DNA of 64,000 nucleotides from Sarea resinae (Eukaryota): NCBI GenBank assembly GCA_026026165.1, contig JAPEUD010000032.1, positions 1 to 64,000 of the forward strand, read 5' to 3'. Shown piece by piece: positions 53,004 to 64,000 of this stretch (position 1 is its first letter; each line of letters starts with the position of its first letter). The notes under the pieces were generated by a model. It saw only the letters and a program-made list of their open reading frames with translations, ran no database searches and was not told where the DNA came from. The position numbers and the translations under genes were made by a program.

Positions 53004-53279
53004 GTGGAGGTGTAGGTGGGGACGTGGGTGTGGGTTGGGCTGTCTGTTTGTTTTCTTGGGAGGGGGGTTTTCGTTTTGTGTTTTGTTAGTTTGGGGGGAA
53101 GCGGGGAGAGGCGAGAGCGGAGAGGAGGGGAAAGGGAGAGGGAGATTTACCCGTCATGTAACCAGGACATGAATATAGTAGATGTGGATATAAACCTCAT
53201 GCATACATACATGCACACATACATATATACTCATCATACATTTATCCACTACTCTATCTAGAACTTGTCTATATCTAAC

Positions 53280-54070
53280 TAACTAGCTAACCAGCTACAC
53301 AGACACACCCTACAACCTTATAGACCTACACTACAACCTTGGAAGAGCAGACAAGCTAGCTAGCTACTTTGAAAAAAAGGAGAGGCTGTATCTAGTATCT
53401 AGTATCTAGTATCTAGTATCTACCTTAGTATCTATATTCTACCCTCTGCAATCTACCTCTAAGACACGCACCTATATATAGTAAAGTTACAGAAAGAGAG
53501 AAAGAATAAGATAGAGAGAAGAAAGATATAGTAGAAGGAGGGTAGAGTAGTGATAGAGTAGATAGAACTAGAGAGTAGAGTAGAGAGTAGAGTAGAGTAG
53601 AAGTAGAGTAGAGTAGAGTAGAGAGATAGAGATAGAGATAGAGTAGAATAAAGAGAAGAAGAAGAAGAAGAAGAAGAAGAAGAAGAAGAAGAAGAAGAAG
53701 AAGAAGAAACACTCTAAAACCCAGAATCCAAAAACTAAAACGTAGATAGAGGCCAAGGAAAACAAGGAAAAAAGGAAAAGGAAAATAAAAAGGAAAAGGA
53801 AACAAACTTGTGCAAACTTCAACAAACTTAAAGGAAAGAGAAAAGAAAAGAAAAGAAAAGAAAAGGAAATAGAGAGACAAGAATAGGATAAATATCTAGC
53901 TAGCTAGCTAGCTAGCTAGCTTGCTAGACCTTGTAGAGATGTTATCTTGTTCTCTCTCTCTCTCTATCTTTCTCTCTCTCTTTCTCTCTTCTACTCTCTT
54001 TCTCTCTTTCTCTCTCCTACTCTCTCCTACTCTCTCCTACTCTTTCCTCTCCTTCTCTCTCCTCTCTAAG
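53280..54070. repeat. Low-complexity block: (TCTAGTA)n, (GAGTA)n, (GAA)n at 53655-53708, (CTAG)n, CT-rich
   Basis: Multiple adjacent simple repeats, read directly. Confidence 0.85.
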
Positions 54071-54605
54071 AGGATCCTTACTATACTTATAGGACGGCTG
54101 ATCATGACGGCGGATAGAACGGCGGACACGCGTCATAGAGGTCGATTACATGCATTCCATCACATTTCTTCTCATCTCTAAAGTGACATTGGATGTAAGA
54201 AGGCAAACTGACTGACTGAATGCATTTACCCCACCTACGCGCGCTAGTATGTTTACCTGATGATGAGAACACGGAAGAGCAAAGCCGGACTCGCGCGGAA
54301 GAAAGAACAAGAGAGGCGGAAAATGGAAGAGGAAGAAGAAGAAAACAGAAGAAGAAAAAGAAAAGGACGAAGAAAACAAAAAAGACAAGGGAAAAGAAAA
54401 AGGCGAAAAAAAGGGAAAAGGGAAAGGGAAAAGGAGAAATGCAAGTTCATGCGCCTGCGCCTGAGCCTGAGCCGCCCCGCCTAGGTGTATGCGATAATGC
54501 CCCCGCCCTTTCCTCCTCTGGCTCACCACCACCCACCTTTTCGCTCTCCCTAACAGCTCGGCAGAACATGCAATGAACAGAGTCCAACCCACGAGACAGA
54601 CAGAC

Positions 54606-57600
54606 TTAAACCTTGGCGCCACCACCGCACCAGCACCTCCCTTCGCCCTCTCGCTCCACCTGCACCACGACATCCATGTTGCGCGAGCTCAGCAACCGCA
54701 CCGTGCGCCGCCGCACGTCGTCCAGATCGGCCGTGCGCGAGGCCATGACGTGCATGACGCCCAGTATCTTCGGTGCGTCGCTGCACTCGTGGTCTTCCTC
54801 GTGCACATGGAGGTGGTCGTGGTCATGGTCGTGGTCATGGTCATGAGCGTCCGCATGCTCCGAGCTAGAGTCGTCGAGCCAGAATCGAGGCACCGTGTAG
54901 CCCACCACTCCCCGCAGAGAACTCACCTCCGACAGAGTCTCGCGGAGGTTGTATTCAATATCTTCCGGGATTGTTAACAAGAGCGTCTTTGCGGAACTAC
55001 TGACCAGTGGGATGGCCGAGGCGAAGATCAGTATAGCGATAAAGCAGGACGCGATAGGATCGAATCCGGCCCAGCCGTAGTAGTGGACCAGTATCGTGGA
55101 AATCACGACTGCAACAGAGCCGAGGGTGTCGGCAAGTATGTGCAGAAATATGCCATGCATGTTCTCATTCCCATGATGATGGTGCCCGTGCGATTGAGGC
55201 TTCTTCGATGGAGTCGACGGCACATGCACATGAGAGTGGAGTGAATGGTCATCATCATGATCGTGGCCGTGATCGTGATCGTGATCGTGATCGTGCAGGT
55301 GATGGTCGTGTTCGTCATGCACGTGAGCATGCGAATGATCTCCGTGGCCTCCATGTGAGTGACTGTGTCCATGATGGGCATGATCGAAAGCCAAGATGCC
55401 AACAAGATTTACCCCTAGGCCCAAAATGCTAACAGTAAGTAATTCACCAAGCCTCCTCATCTCACTCCCCTCAGAAAGTCGCTCAATAGCTTCATAGACG
55501 ATCTCGATGCTAATTAGCCTGTCTGGTTGTTAGCACCATGATTATAGCAGCTGCCATGCCCAAGACGTACATTAAGAATATGCCGTTGGCGAATCCCGAC
55601 AGCGTGTCCATCTTTCCATAGCCATACGGAAATCGCATGCTCGGTGGCCATTTGCTCATGACTGCAGCACACAAACCAACCACGAGAGCCAAGCAATCAA
55701 AAAACATGTGAATGCTATCGCTCAGCAAACCCAGAGAACCCGTGGCTAAGCCGTAGAATGTCTGCACCAGCATGAAACCAAAGTTTAATCTGTAGTAGTA
55801 CTTCAGCCCAATTCATCCACGATACCAAAAGCAGACTTACGCCATAAAGTAGAAGATCCTTCGGGAGTCTTTCTCACACAAGATACTGTACAGAAGAGGC
55901 CATTGTTCGGAATTTTGTAGCAGAAATTCGGTGATCTGAGAATGGCCCCCGGCCTTGGTACCGGGAGTGTGATTAAGCTTCGCCAATGCTTTCGCATCGA
56001 ACTGCATGGCAAGATAAAAGAATACAGGCTGGAGCGTTCGAGCGAACGTAAAGGCCCACCCAGGTGAAGGCGAAAGAAAGCCGATGCCAGCAGATAACAA
56101 TAGGCCAACCAGAAGCGAGATACCCTGTTGCGCTCCGAGAGACGATGGACGGGAGAAAGTAATCGACAAAGCCGCAAAGCCCATGCTCATCAAAAGCCAT
56201 AGCGACCCTAATGCCGTGCCCACAAGCGACGATGCCGTAACGATGGAGAAAACCACTGTGAGAATTGCGAGGGCGGAGCCGGTCTGGAGAGTAATTTGTG
56301 TTTCCTCAGGGGAAGCAATCAGCGGGGACTGCTCACTGGGATCTGGCGACGGTGCTTCACTGAGATTCTGTGGTTCCCAAGGAGTTGAAGGAACAGCAGA
56401 AGTACTAGAAGCTGAAGCAGGCTGCCCAGTAGACAATAATGACGACTTGCCCACCGCTCCAGCAGTAGGGAATGGCAGAACCAGGACGGACGTGATTAGA
56501 GCAAGATATCCCAAGACAAGTCCTCCTCCAGAAGATGTAGCGGTGAGACCCAGACAGTCGCAAATGAGGCCTAAGACCACAAGAAGAGACGTAAACCTTG
56601 AAGTCTTTGTGAGAGTCTTCCACAATCCCTGGTTGCTCAATCCCTGGCTGTTCTTGGTTGACCGGGGTTGTAGTGTTTCTGCCACGAGCATGATGACACC
56701 AGTCAACACGCCTCCAAGCTTCAATGCGGCGTAGAACGGTAAGCCGACGCCCACAGCCCTTACCACCATCTTTTTGGCACCCTCGGGTGAAAGTAGAGTT
56801 GGCCGTCGGCGCTCATGATCCCCAGCCGCCCCAAGGCTTCCTTTCCGACGGCCCAGAGAGCTGCCACTTGGGAACATGTGAGCCCAGCCGCCGACTAGGA
56901 GAAGTGTACCAGAAGTGAGAGCACAGGCTTGTATCAAGCCCGATGGGCCGCTAGAGGAGGTAGAAAGGGGCAATGTCTCTTCGTCAATGATCGACTTGCT
57001 CAACTGCGCCAAGGGCGCTTCTGCGGTCCCAGCCTGTGGAGGCGTCGCAAAGGGTCTCGAGAGAATCATAGAGGCCAGGAGAAAAGGAAGGGGTATCAAA
57101 ATTGAAGTGAGTATTTCAGGAGGTAGTAGCCATTTTCTAAAAGTGGTCAGCTCTTCCGGACCTCTTGAAGCATTGACTGAGCGCACCTTCGATTAGCCAT
57201 GCCAGACTGTACTGGAGGAAATCCATATCCCGAATTCTGGCGGTAGCCCGCGGTAGAAGGACGCACGATATGGGTGCCCATCAATGGCTCAGGTCCGGAT
57301 CCAGGTTTAGGGGCGGTGTCGTGGAGGTCTGAGGAATGAGAATGGGAATGAGAATGTGAGTGCGAGTGAGAATGTCCATGATCGTGATCATGACCATGAT
57401 CATGATCATGGTCATCTGCATAGGGATCTTCCGGTCGCGACCCCACGCTTGACAGCGAAGGGACGCTATGGTTGTGAAGGCTTCCATTGGGCATCTCCCT
57501 CAGCGAAGGATCCCCGCTGCTCGTGGGTCGTGGGTAAGGCGAAGGAAGCTTGTCCGGAGACAGCAGACGATTGTGCGAGCGAGAGTGTCCGTGGCCATGA

Positions 57601-57656
57601 TGATTGTAGGTCGTGCTGGCATTCAGAGGCAGAGCATAGGCTGAAGCCGAAGCCAT
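54606..57656 (-). CDS. CDF-family zinc transporter, Msc2/Cis4/ZnT5-7-like
   Basis: KDSRRIFYFM, GSLGLLSDSIHMFFDC, His-rich loop, NMHGIFLHILADTLGS, His/Asp-rich N-terminus. Confidence 0.92.
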
Positions 57657-58198
57657 CACACCGTTTGCCCCTCTCGACCGGGACGGTGGTGGTGGTGGTG
57701 GTGGTGAGTGGTTGGCCGGAGGACCCTCTCAAGAGTCCAAGCTTCTCGCGCGCTCTCTTTCTCCTGTTCGATGGGCTTTTCGCATGACACGGGGGTGGGC
57801 GATGGTTGACTCTGCCTGTGGTGTTTGGATTGATGAAGACAGCAGAAAGAAGGCGATGAGGTTCTTGACTGCAGTAGGGCTAATTGAGTGCTGGATGGGA
57901 GAGACGGTGATGGTGGCTACATCTGGACAGATGGGGGAATGTGATATGGGGTCTGGTCCCCCATTGATGGCCCGTACCCCTGTATATCGTTGACGTTTGG
58001 CGGTGACATGGCGCGTACCTGGCACGGGGCACCCGATGAGGTAGGTAGGGCAGGTAGCTCTGCAACAACACGCCAAATGCTGATCCAGACCATCCAGACC
58101 GGCCCATCAACCCTCTACACTCGACCATCATCTCTCTTCTCTCTTCTCTCTTCTCTCTTCTCTCTTCTCTCTGCCGGGCACGGCTTCACCATGCCAGA

Positions 58199-60126
58199 AT
58201 GTCCCTGTTCGACATCCTGTTGACGGGCGCAGTCATAGGCTCGACCCTCTTCACAATCGTCCTCTTCGTACTCCCCACTCGATACAGCAGCGCTCCAGAG
58301 GATGGCGGGCTCCATGACGGTGCCCCGGACGGCGAAGAGGCCAGCCGACGAAGAGAACGCGGCAAACCCCTCATCCAGGTCGTCGTGCTGGGCGACATTG
58401 GACGCAGTCCGCGGATGCAGTATCATGCCATCAGCATAGCGCAGAATGGAGGGCGGGTGGACTTGATCGGATACAGAGGTAGCCTTCCTTCATCACCAAA
58501 CAACGTCGGTCTACCTCCCCTCTAACCATTTCTCTCAGAATCCGATCCGCATCCAGAAATCCTCTCCAACCCCTCAATCACCATCCGGCCGATCCCTCCA
58601 CCTCCGCGAATATTGCAGACGGGCAGCAAGACACTATTCCTTCTTTTCGGTCCGCTCAAGGTCCTCTGGCAGGCCTGGAGTCTCTGGATCATCATGGGCT
58701 ATCGGACAGAGCCGGCAAAATGGCTCCTAGTTCAGGTGAGTTGGACATTTATCTTTCTATCTATTTGATTAGCAATGCGGAGACAAATTGTCCATAGCAT
58801 CGGTTATTTCTCTCAGGCTTCATTGCAAAATCAGACATAGTCCATCATTATCTACAATCATCCCTTTGCCTCCAACTCGAAAAGAGCTTCAAAAGAAGAG
58901 CTTCAGAAGAGCTCCAAAGGAATCCCACAGATTACCCCCATACCGTTTCATCCGTCCAAATTTTCGCAATCAATGCTGACCCAAATCCGCTCTCCGTCCA
59001 GAACCCTCCCTCGATACCCACTCTCGCTCTCTCAATCCTCTGCTCCTACCTCCGATCCACTTCCCTCCTAATAGATTGGCACAACCTCTCATCCACACTC
59101 CTCGCTCTCCGCCTCTCCCCTACGCATCCCCTCGTACGCCTCAACACGCTCCACGACCGCCTCTTGGCAGCGCACGCCACAGCGCACCTCACCGTCACAG
59201 ACGCCATGGCCTCCCTGCTCAAACGCACCTACAACATCACAACGGCTCCCATCTTTCCCCTCCACGACCGCCCGGCGCCCCTGTTCCGCACCCTCTCCGG
59301 CGCCGAACGGCAGCGGTTCCTGGAAACGTGCGAGGAGACGCGTGAGCATGCGCAAGATATCCTGCAGGGCCGCACGAAACTGGTCGTCTCGTCGACTAGC
59401 TGGACGCCGGATGAGGATTTTGGCATCCTGCTCGACGCGCTCGTCGCGTATGCTGCTGCTGCTGCGAACACCACCACCAATCCCTCGCTCCCTAAAATTC
59501 TCCTCGTGATCACAGGCCGTGGTCCATTATTACAACACTACACCTCACTCATCCAGCGCCTCCAAACCCCGTCTCCCTCTCTCTCTCCCGCCAGCACCAC
59601 CAGCACCACCACATCGGCCCTGCCCCCCTCCCTAATAACAATCCGCACGGCCTTCCTCCCCCTCGCCACCTACGCGGCCCTCCTCGGCGCCGCCGACCTC
59701 GGCATCTCCCTACACACCTCGTCGTCAGGCGTCGACCTCCCGATGAAAGTCGTCGACATGTTCGGCGCCGGGCTGCCCGTGCTGGGCGTGCGCTTCGCGG
59801 CCTGGAACGAGCTCGTGCATGAGAACATCAACGGGCGCGGCTTCGGCTCCGCCGCCGAGCTGGCTGCGCTCTTGATCGACCTCTTAGGCACTAGCCCTGG
59901 CGTTGGCGCAGGCGTTGGGGCTGGTGCTTGGGGGTCCGGAGAAGGCGAACTCGAGACCCTGAGGGTGGGCGCTAGGAAGGAGGGAGCGGTCAGGTGGGCG
60001 GATGTCTGGGGCCCTGTCGCCGGTCGCTTGTTACTTGGCCTCTCTGAAGCTCCTCCTTCTCCTTCTTCTCCGGGCAAGGAGGAGGACGCGGACGAGGACA
60101 GCGGACGGGGGGACGGATGGAGCTAG
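58199..60126 (+). CDS. ALG1: Chitobiosyldiphosphodolichol beta-mannosyltransferase
   Basis: VLGDIGRSPRMQYHA, QNPPSIP, IDWHN, SSTSWTPDEDF, HTSSSGVDLPMKVVDMFG. Confidence 0.93.
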
Positions 60127-60726
60127 CTAATGTGGCTATCTACTTACCTACTTACTATCTAGAATCTATATCGAAATGACCCAATTTAATAGTAAACTAT
60201 AATATCCTGTTCTCTACAGTATGATCTCGTACGTAGGACGGTGGATAGGGGATAGGGGATAGGGGATATGTCACGGTATAGGCCATAAAGAAGAAAGATA
60301 GGACGAACAAGCACACGGACATATTGATATAGACTAGAATAGAATACCTAGGTAGGCATGTAGGTAGGTAGATACTAGATAAATAGATAGATAGATAGAT
60401 AGATATGCAACCCCTCCCCGTGAGTACGTACATCCCAATCAGATAGAGATAATCAATCGATCGATCGTAAATCACCAACGCCACGCCGAGTGATTCCTGA
60501 ATGCTTGCTTGCTTTGCTTGCTTTGCTTGCTTTGCTTGCTTTGCTTGCCCGTTCTTCTTCTTCTGCTTCTTGTTCTGCTTCTTGTTCTGCTTCTTCGAGC
60601 GGCTTCTGCTGGCTCATGCATAATCAAACACTTCCCCTCCCCTCCCCTCCCCTCCTCTTCCCTTCCCAACCCTTCCCTTTTCCCAACCCCATCACTATCA
60701 CAGTCAACAAACAACCTTCACCTAAA

Positions 60727-62241
60727 CTAAACACTCTCGATCCGCTGCACAATCATGGCCGAGGCGCCGCCGCCGCCATTGCAGATGGCGGCGCAGCCGT
60801 ACTGGCCGGGCTGCAGCTGGTGCAGCAGCGTGGTCAGGATGCGCGAGCCGGAGCTGCCGAGCGCGTGGCCGAGCGAGATGGCGCCGCCCAGGAGGTTGGA
60901 GTTGCTGGAGTCGAGACCGAGGATCTGTGGGTGGGGCGCGGTGGATGGTCAGCGTGGGTTTCACCGACGCGTGCCTGTTTTTATCCAGGTGGAGGGGTGG
61001 GGGGATAAAGTGATGAGAGAGAGAGAGAGAGGGGAGGGAGAAAAAGAGAGGGAGAAAAAGACTTACGTGCTGGTTGGCGAGAATGACGGCCGCAAAGGCT
61101 TCGTTGAACTCCCATACTGAAATGTCGTCCTTGGTGATGCCGGCTCGCTCCAGGGCGATCGGCACGGCTCTGGAGGGCGCAATGGGGAAATCGATCGGGT
61201 CGACGGCGGCGTGGGCCGTCGAGGCGATGCGTGCGAGCACGCGCGAGCTGGGGCCGTATTCGCGGGCGAGGTCCTTGTTGACCAAGACGACGGCGGAAGC
61301 GCCGTCGTTGAATGAGGACGCGTTGGCGGCCGTGACGGTGCCGGTGCCGTCTCGGATAAAGGCCGGTTTCAGCGTCGGCACCTTTTCGGGCTTGAGCTTG
61401 TCGAAGCCCTCGTCCTTGGAGACGACGGTGTCGCCCTTGCGGCCCTTGACCGTCACGGGCACGATCTCGTCGGCGAACTTGTTGTCCTTCCACGCCGCCT
61501 GCGCGCGCCGGAAACTCTCCATGGCGTACTCGTCCTGCTGCTCGCGCGAGATGTTGAACTTCTTGGCCGTGTTCTCCGCGCAGTTGCCCATGTGGATCTG
61601 GTCGTAGACGTCCCAGAGGCCGTCCTTGATCAGGCCGTCCTCTAGCTTCATGGTGCCGAAGGGGGCCTGCTGGCTCGCCCGCGGTAGATAGTATGGCACC
61701 TGTGACATGTTCTCCATCCCGCCGGCGACTTGCGCCTCCGAGATGCCCATCTGGATGTTCTGGGCCGCGATCCCCACGGCTTTGAGTCCGGATGCACAGA
61801 CCTTGTTGATGGTGATGGCCTCGACCGACGAGTCCAGGCCCGCGAAGATGCAAGCCTGTCGGGCGGGCGCTTGGCCGATGCCACCCTGGAGCACGTTGCC
61901 CATGTAGACATCGGTGATTTTCGAGACGGGGATCTTCGACTTCTCAATGGCGGCTTTGATGGCGCTGGCACCCAATTTCGGGGCCGAGACGCTGGCAAAC
62001 GATCCGTTGAACTGTGCTGCAAGTCAGTAAACAATTCAGCATCAAGAGAAAGGAAGAGAGGCGGACGTACGGCTGCTGTGGGCGTTCTGGCCGCCGACAG
62101 GATATACGCATCCTGGAGCTCTCGCCTCGGCGCCGTCGTGGCACTGAAATGTCTCTGGACCTGCCTCAGGCGGAGCTGCGGTGCAGACGTCATGCCTCGT
62201 TCCAGTCGTCGCAGGACAGTGTTTGAAGCCATGCTCGACAT
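60727..62241 (-). CDS. ERG10: Acetyl-CoA acetyltransferase (thiolase), mitochondrial-type
   Basis: Targeting peptide, [47 protein letters not shown]. Confidence 0.92.
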
Positions 62242-63343
62242 TATTGGGAGAGATGGAGAGGAAGGGCGAGGGTGGTTGTCAATTGCAAGCGATGGTAGGG
62301 AGCTGCGTGCTAATAATCAATATATACTCCTTAGCCTCGGGTGGGTTCGCTGAGGGCGGAAGGCAAGGACCGGAGCGAGCAGCATAGGTAAGCATGAGGG
62401 TGGGTGTGGGTGTGTAGGCGTGTGGGCGCATGGGCGTGGGAGGCCATGCCGGGCTCTGTCTAAAGTTAGTCCGTCCGGCAGATGGATGGATGTGCTGTGG
62501 AGGAGTGGAGTGGAGGTGGTGGGGGAACCATGGGGAAAGCTGGAGCTTGCTGGGGAAGCCTGCTAGGCGGAGGGCGGAGGGGGTGGAGGCGGGGAGAGTG
62601 CTACTTGTTCGAAGTACCTAGGGGTCGAGGGTGGTGCTCCGGAAAAGAGAAAAACCCGTGAAGAGAAGTACTTCGTACCTGGACCGGAAGAGGGAGAGGA
62701 TCAGCGGGAGACCATCATTGCATTCTACGTAGTTGATTCCTCTTGCCGGTCACGGGAAATGGAGGTGACCGCCTCCTGCCTCCTGTTCCACTCCAAGCGG
62801 AGAAATATCGGGGCGCTGCACGGGACAGCGGGGCACAGCGGGGCAAGCCACGGCAAGTCAATAACTACATAAGTTGCTGACCAACTGGCCAATTCAGGCC
62901 AGCCCACCTTGGACGGCCAGCTACATACTCCGGAGTAGTACTCGAGTAGAGCTCGAGTGCTTGACTCGTGGAGTCGTGGGCCAGACGAGTCAGTACCAGG
63001 AGTACGCACTACCTGATGGGTATGGTACTCGGAGTACACCGTAGGCTGACTCTGGCCGCCGCCAGTGCCTTCGAGGTATCTGATACCCGCAGAGACCCGC
63101 ACAGCTCCACCACGGCCAGAAGTACTGGCGACCTCTGACCGTACTCCCTTATCGTGCCGGGTCCCTACTCCGTACTATCACCATCATCAGAGAGCGTTCT
63201 CGTTGCCCTCATTGCCCTCACCGTTCTCACTGTTCTCACACCTCCATCCTACAAATCTCTTCCTTTTCACTTTGCTTTCGGCTTCTTCACCATTTGCCTT
63301 GCTCCTCTCCACCAAACACTCACTTGCTTAAAGGCCTTCCATC

Positions 63344-64000
63344 ATGTCTACATCAGCACGCCGTCGCCTCATGCGCGATTTCAAGGTCTGTACTATCCTC
63401 ACATGCACATCGCCACACGAAACCAATCCGATGAGGCGACGATATTGAATGCGACCAGAGGATGGGATTGCAGTTCCCTCCCTTTCCGATTCGCCGCATC
63501 CGATCACGATCCCGTTGCTGACATCTCCGTTTGGTAGCGCATGCAAACCGATCCCCCCGCAGGCGTTTCAGCGTCTCCCATAGCCGATAATGTCATGACC
63601 TGGTATGCGACTCTATTCTTGCTAGACTTTTATTGTCTGTTCTAGAGATGCTCATACGCTCTACCTTAGGAATGCCGTGATCATCGGACCCGCCGATACA
63701 CCTTTTGAGGATGGCACCTTTCGATTGGTCATGCACTTCGAAGAGCAGTATCCCAACAAGCCGCCAGGCGTGAAATTCATCAGTCAGATGTTCCATCCGA
63801 ACGTCTACGGGACCGGGGAGCTGTGTTTGGATATTCTTCAGAATAGGTGGAGTCCGACTTATGACGTGGCGGCCATCTTGACCAGCATACAAAGGTGCGA
63901 TTGGCATGCTTTCATGAATGACGACGACGAGATTGTCAGTACTAACAGCCAGTTCCGCAGCTTGCTGAACGACCCTAATACGTCTTCCCCGGCCAACGTC
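63344..64000 (+). CDS. RAD6: Ubiquitin-conjugating enzyme Rad6/Ubc2 (3' truncated by window)
   Basis: [57 protein letters not shown]. Confidence 0.95.

Noticed and set aside
53425..54673. Poly-Leu/Phe/Lys ORFs
   Set aside because: Products of GAA, GAGTA and A-rich microsatellites.

Overview
Intron-containing filamentous ascomycete DNA. Both flanks (about 1-16 kb and 43.6-64 kb) carry mostly conserved housekeeping genes, often separated by microsatellite-rich spacers: TM9/EMP70, LCP5, a PCI-domain protein, AKR, FMO-like, PRX1, a TFIIIC subunit, bleomycin hydrolase, a UBC, a CDF zinc transporter, ALG1, a thiolase and RAD6. Between them, at about 25-43 kb, lies a compact fungal RiPP (dikaritin-type) biosynthetic cluster. 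Its centre is a secreted Kex2-processed repeat precursor (32289-32660, minus) with four identical copies of VDPATEIIWTKNYGEYE separated by KR sites. Eight DUF3328/UstYa-like HxxHC oxidase genes surround it, with an MFS transporter on the right and an amidase and a divergent PTM1-like gene on the left. The core sequence matches no fungal RiPP core I recognise. Gene models were spliced by eye, so exon boundaries and some starts are approximate, and no database searches were run.
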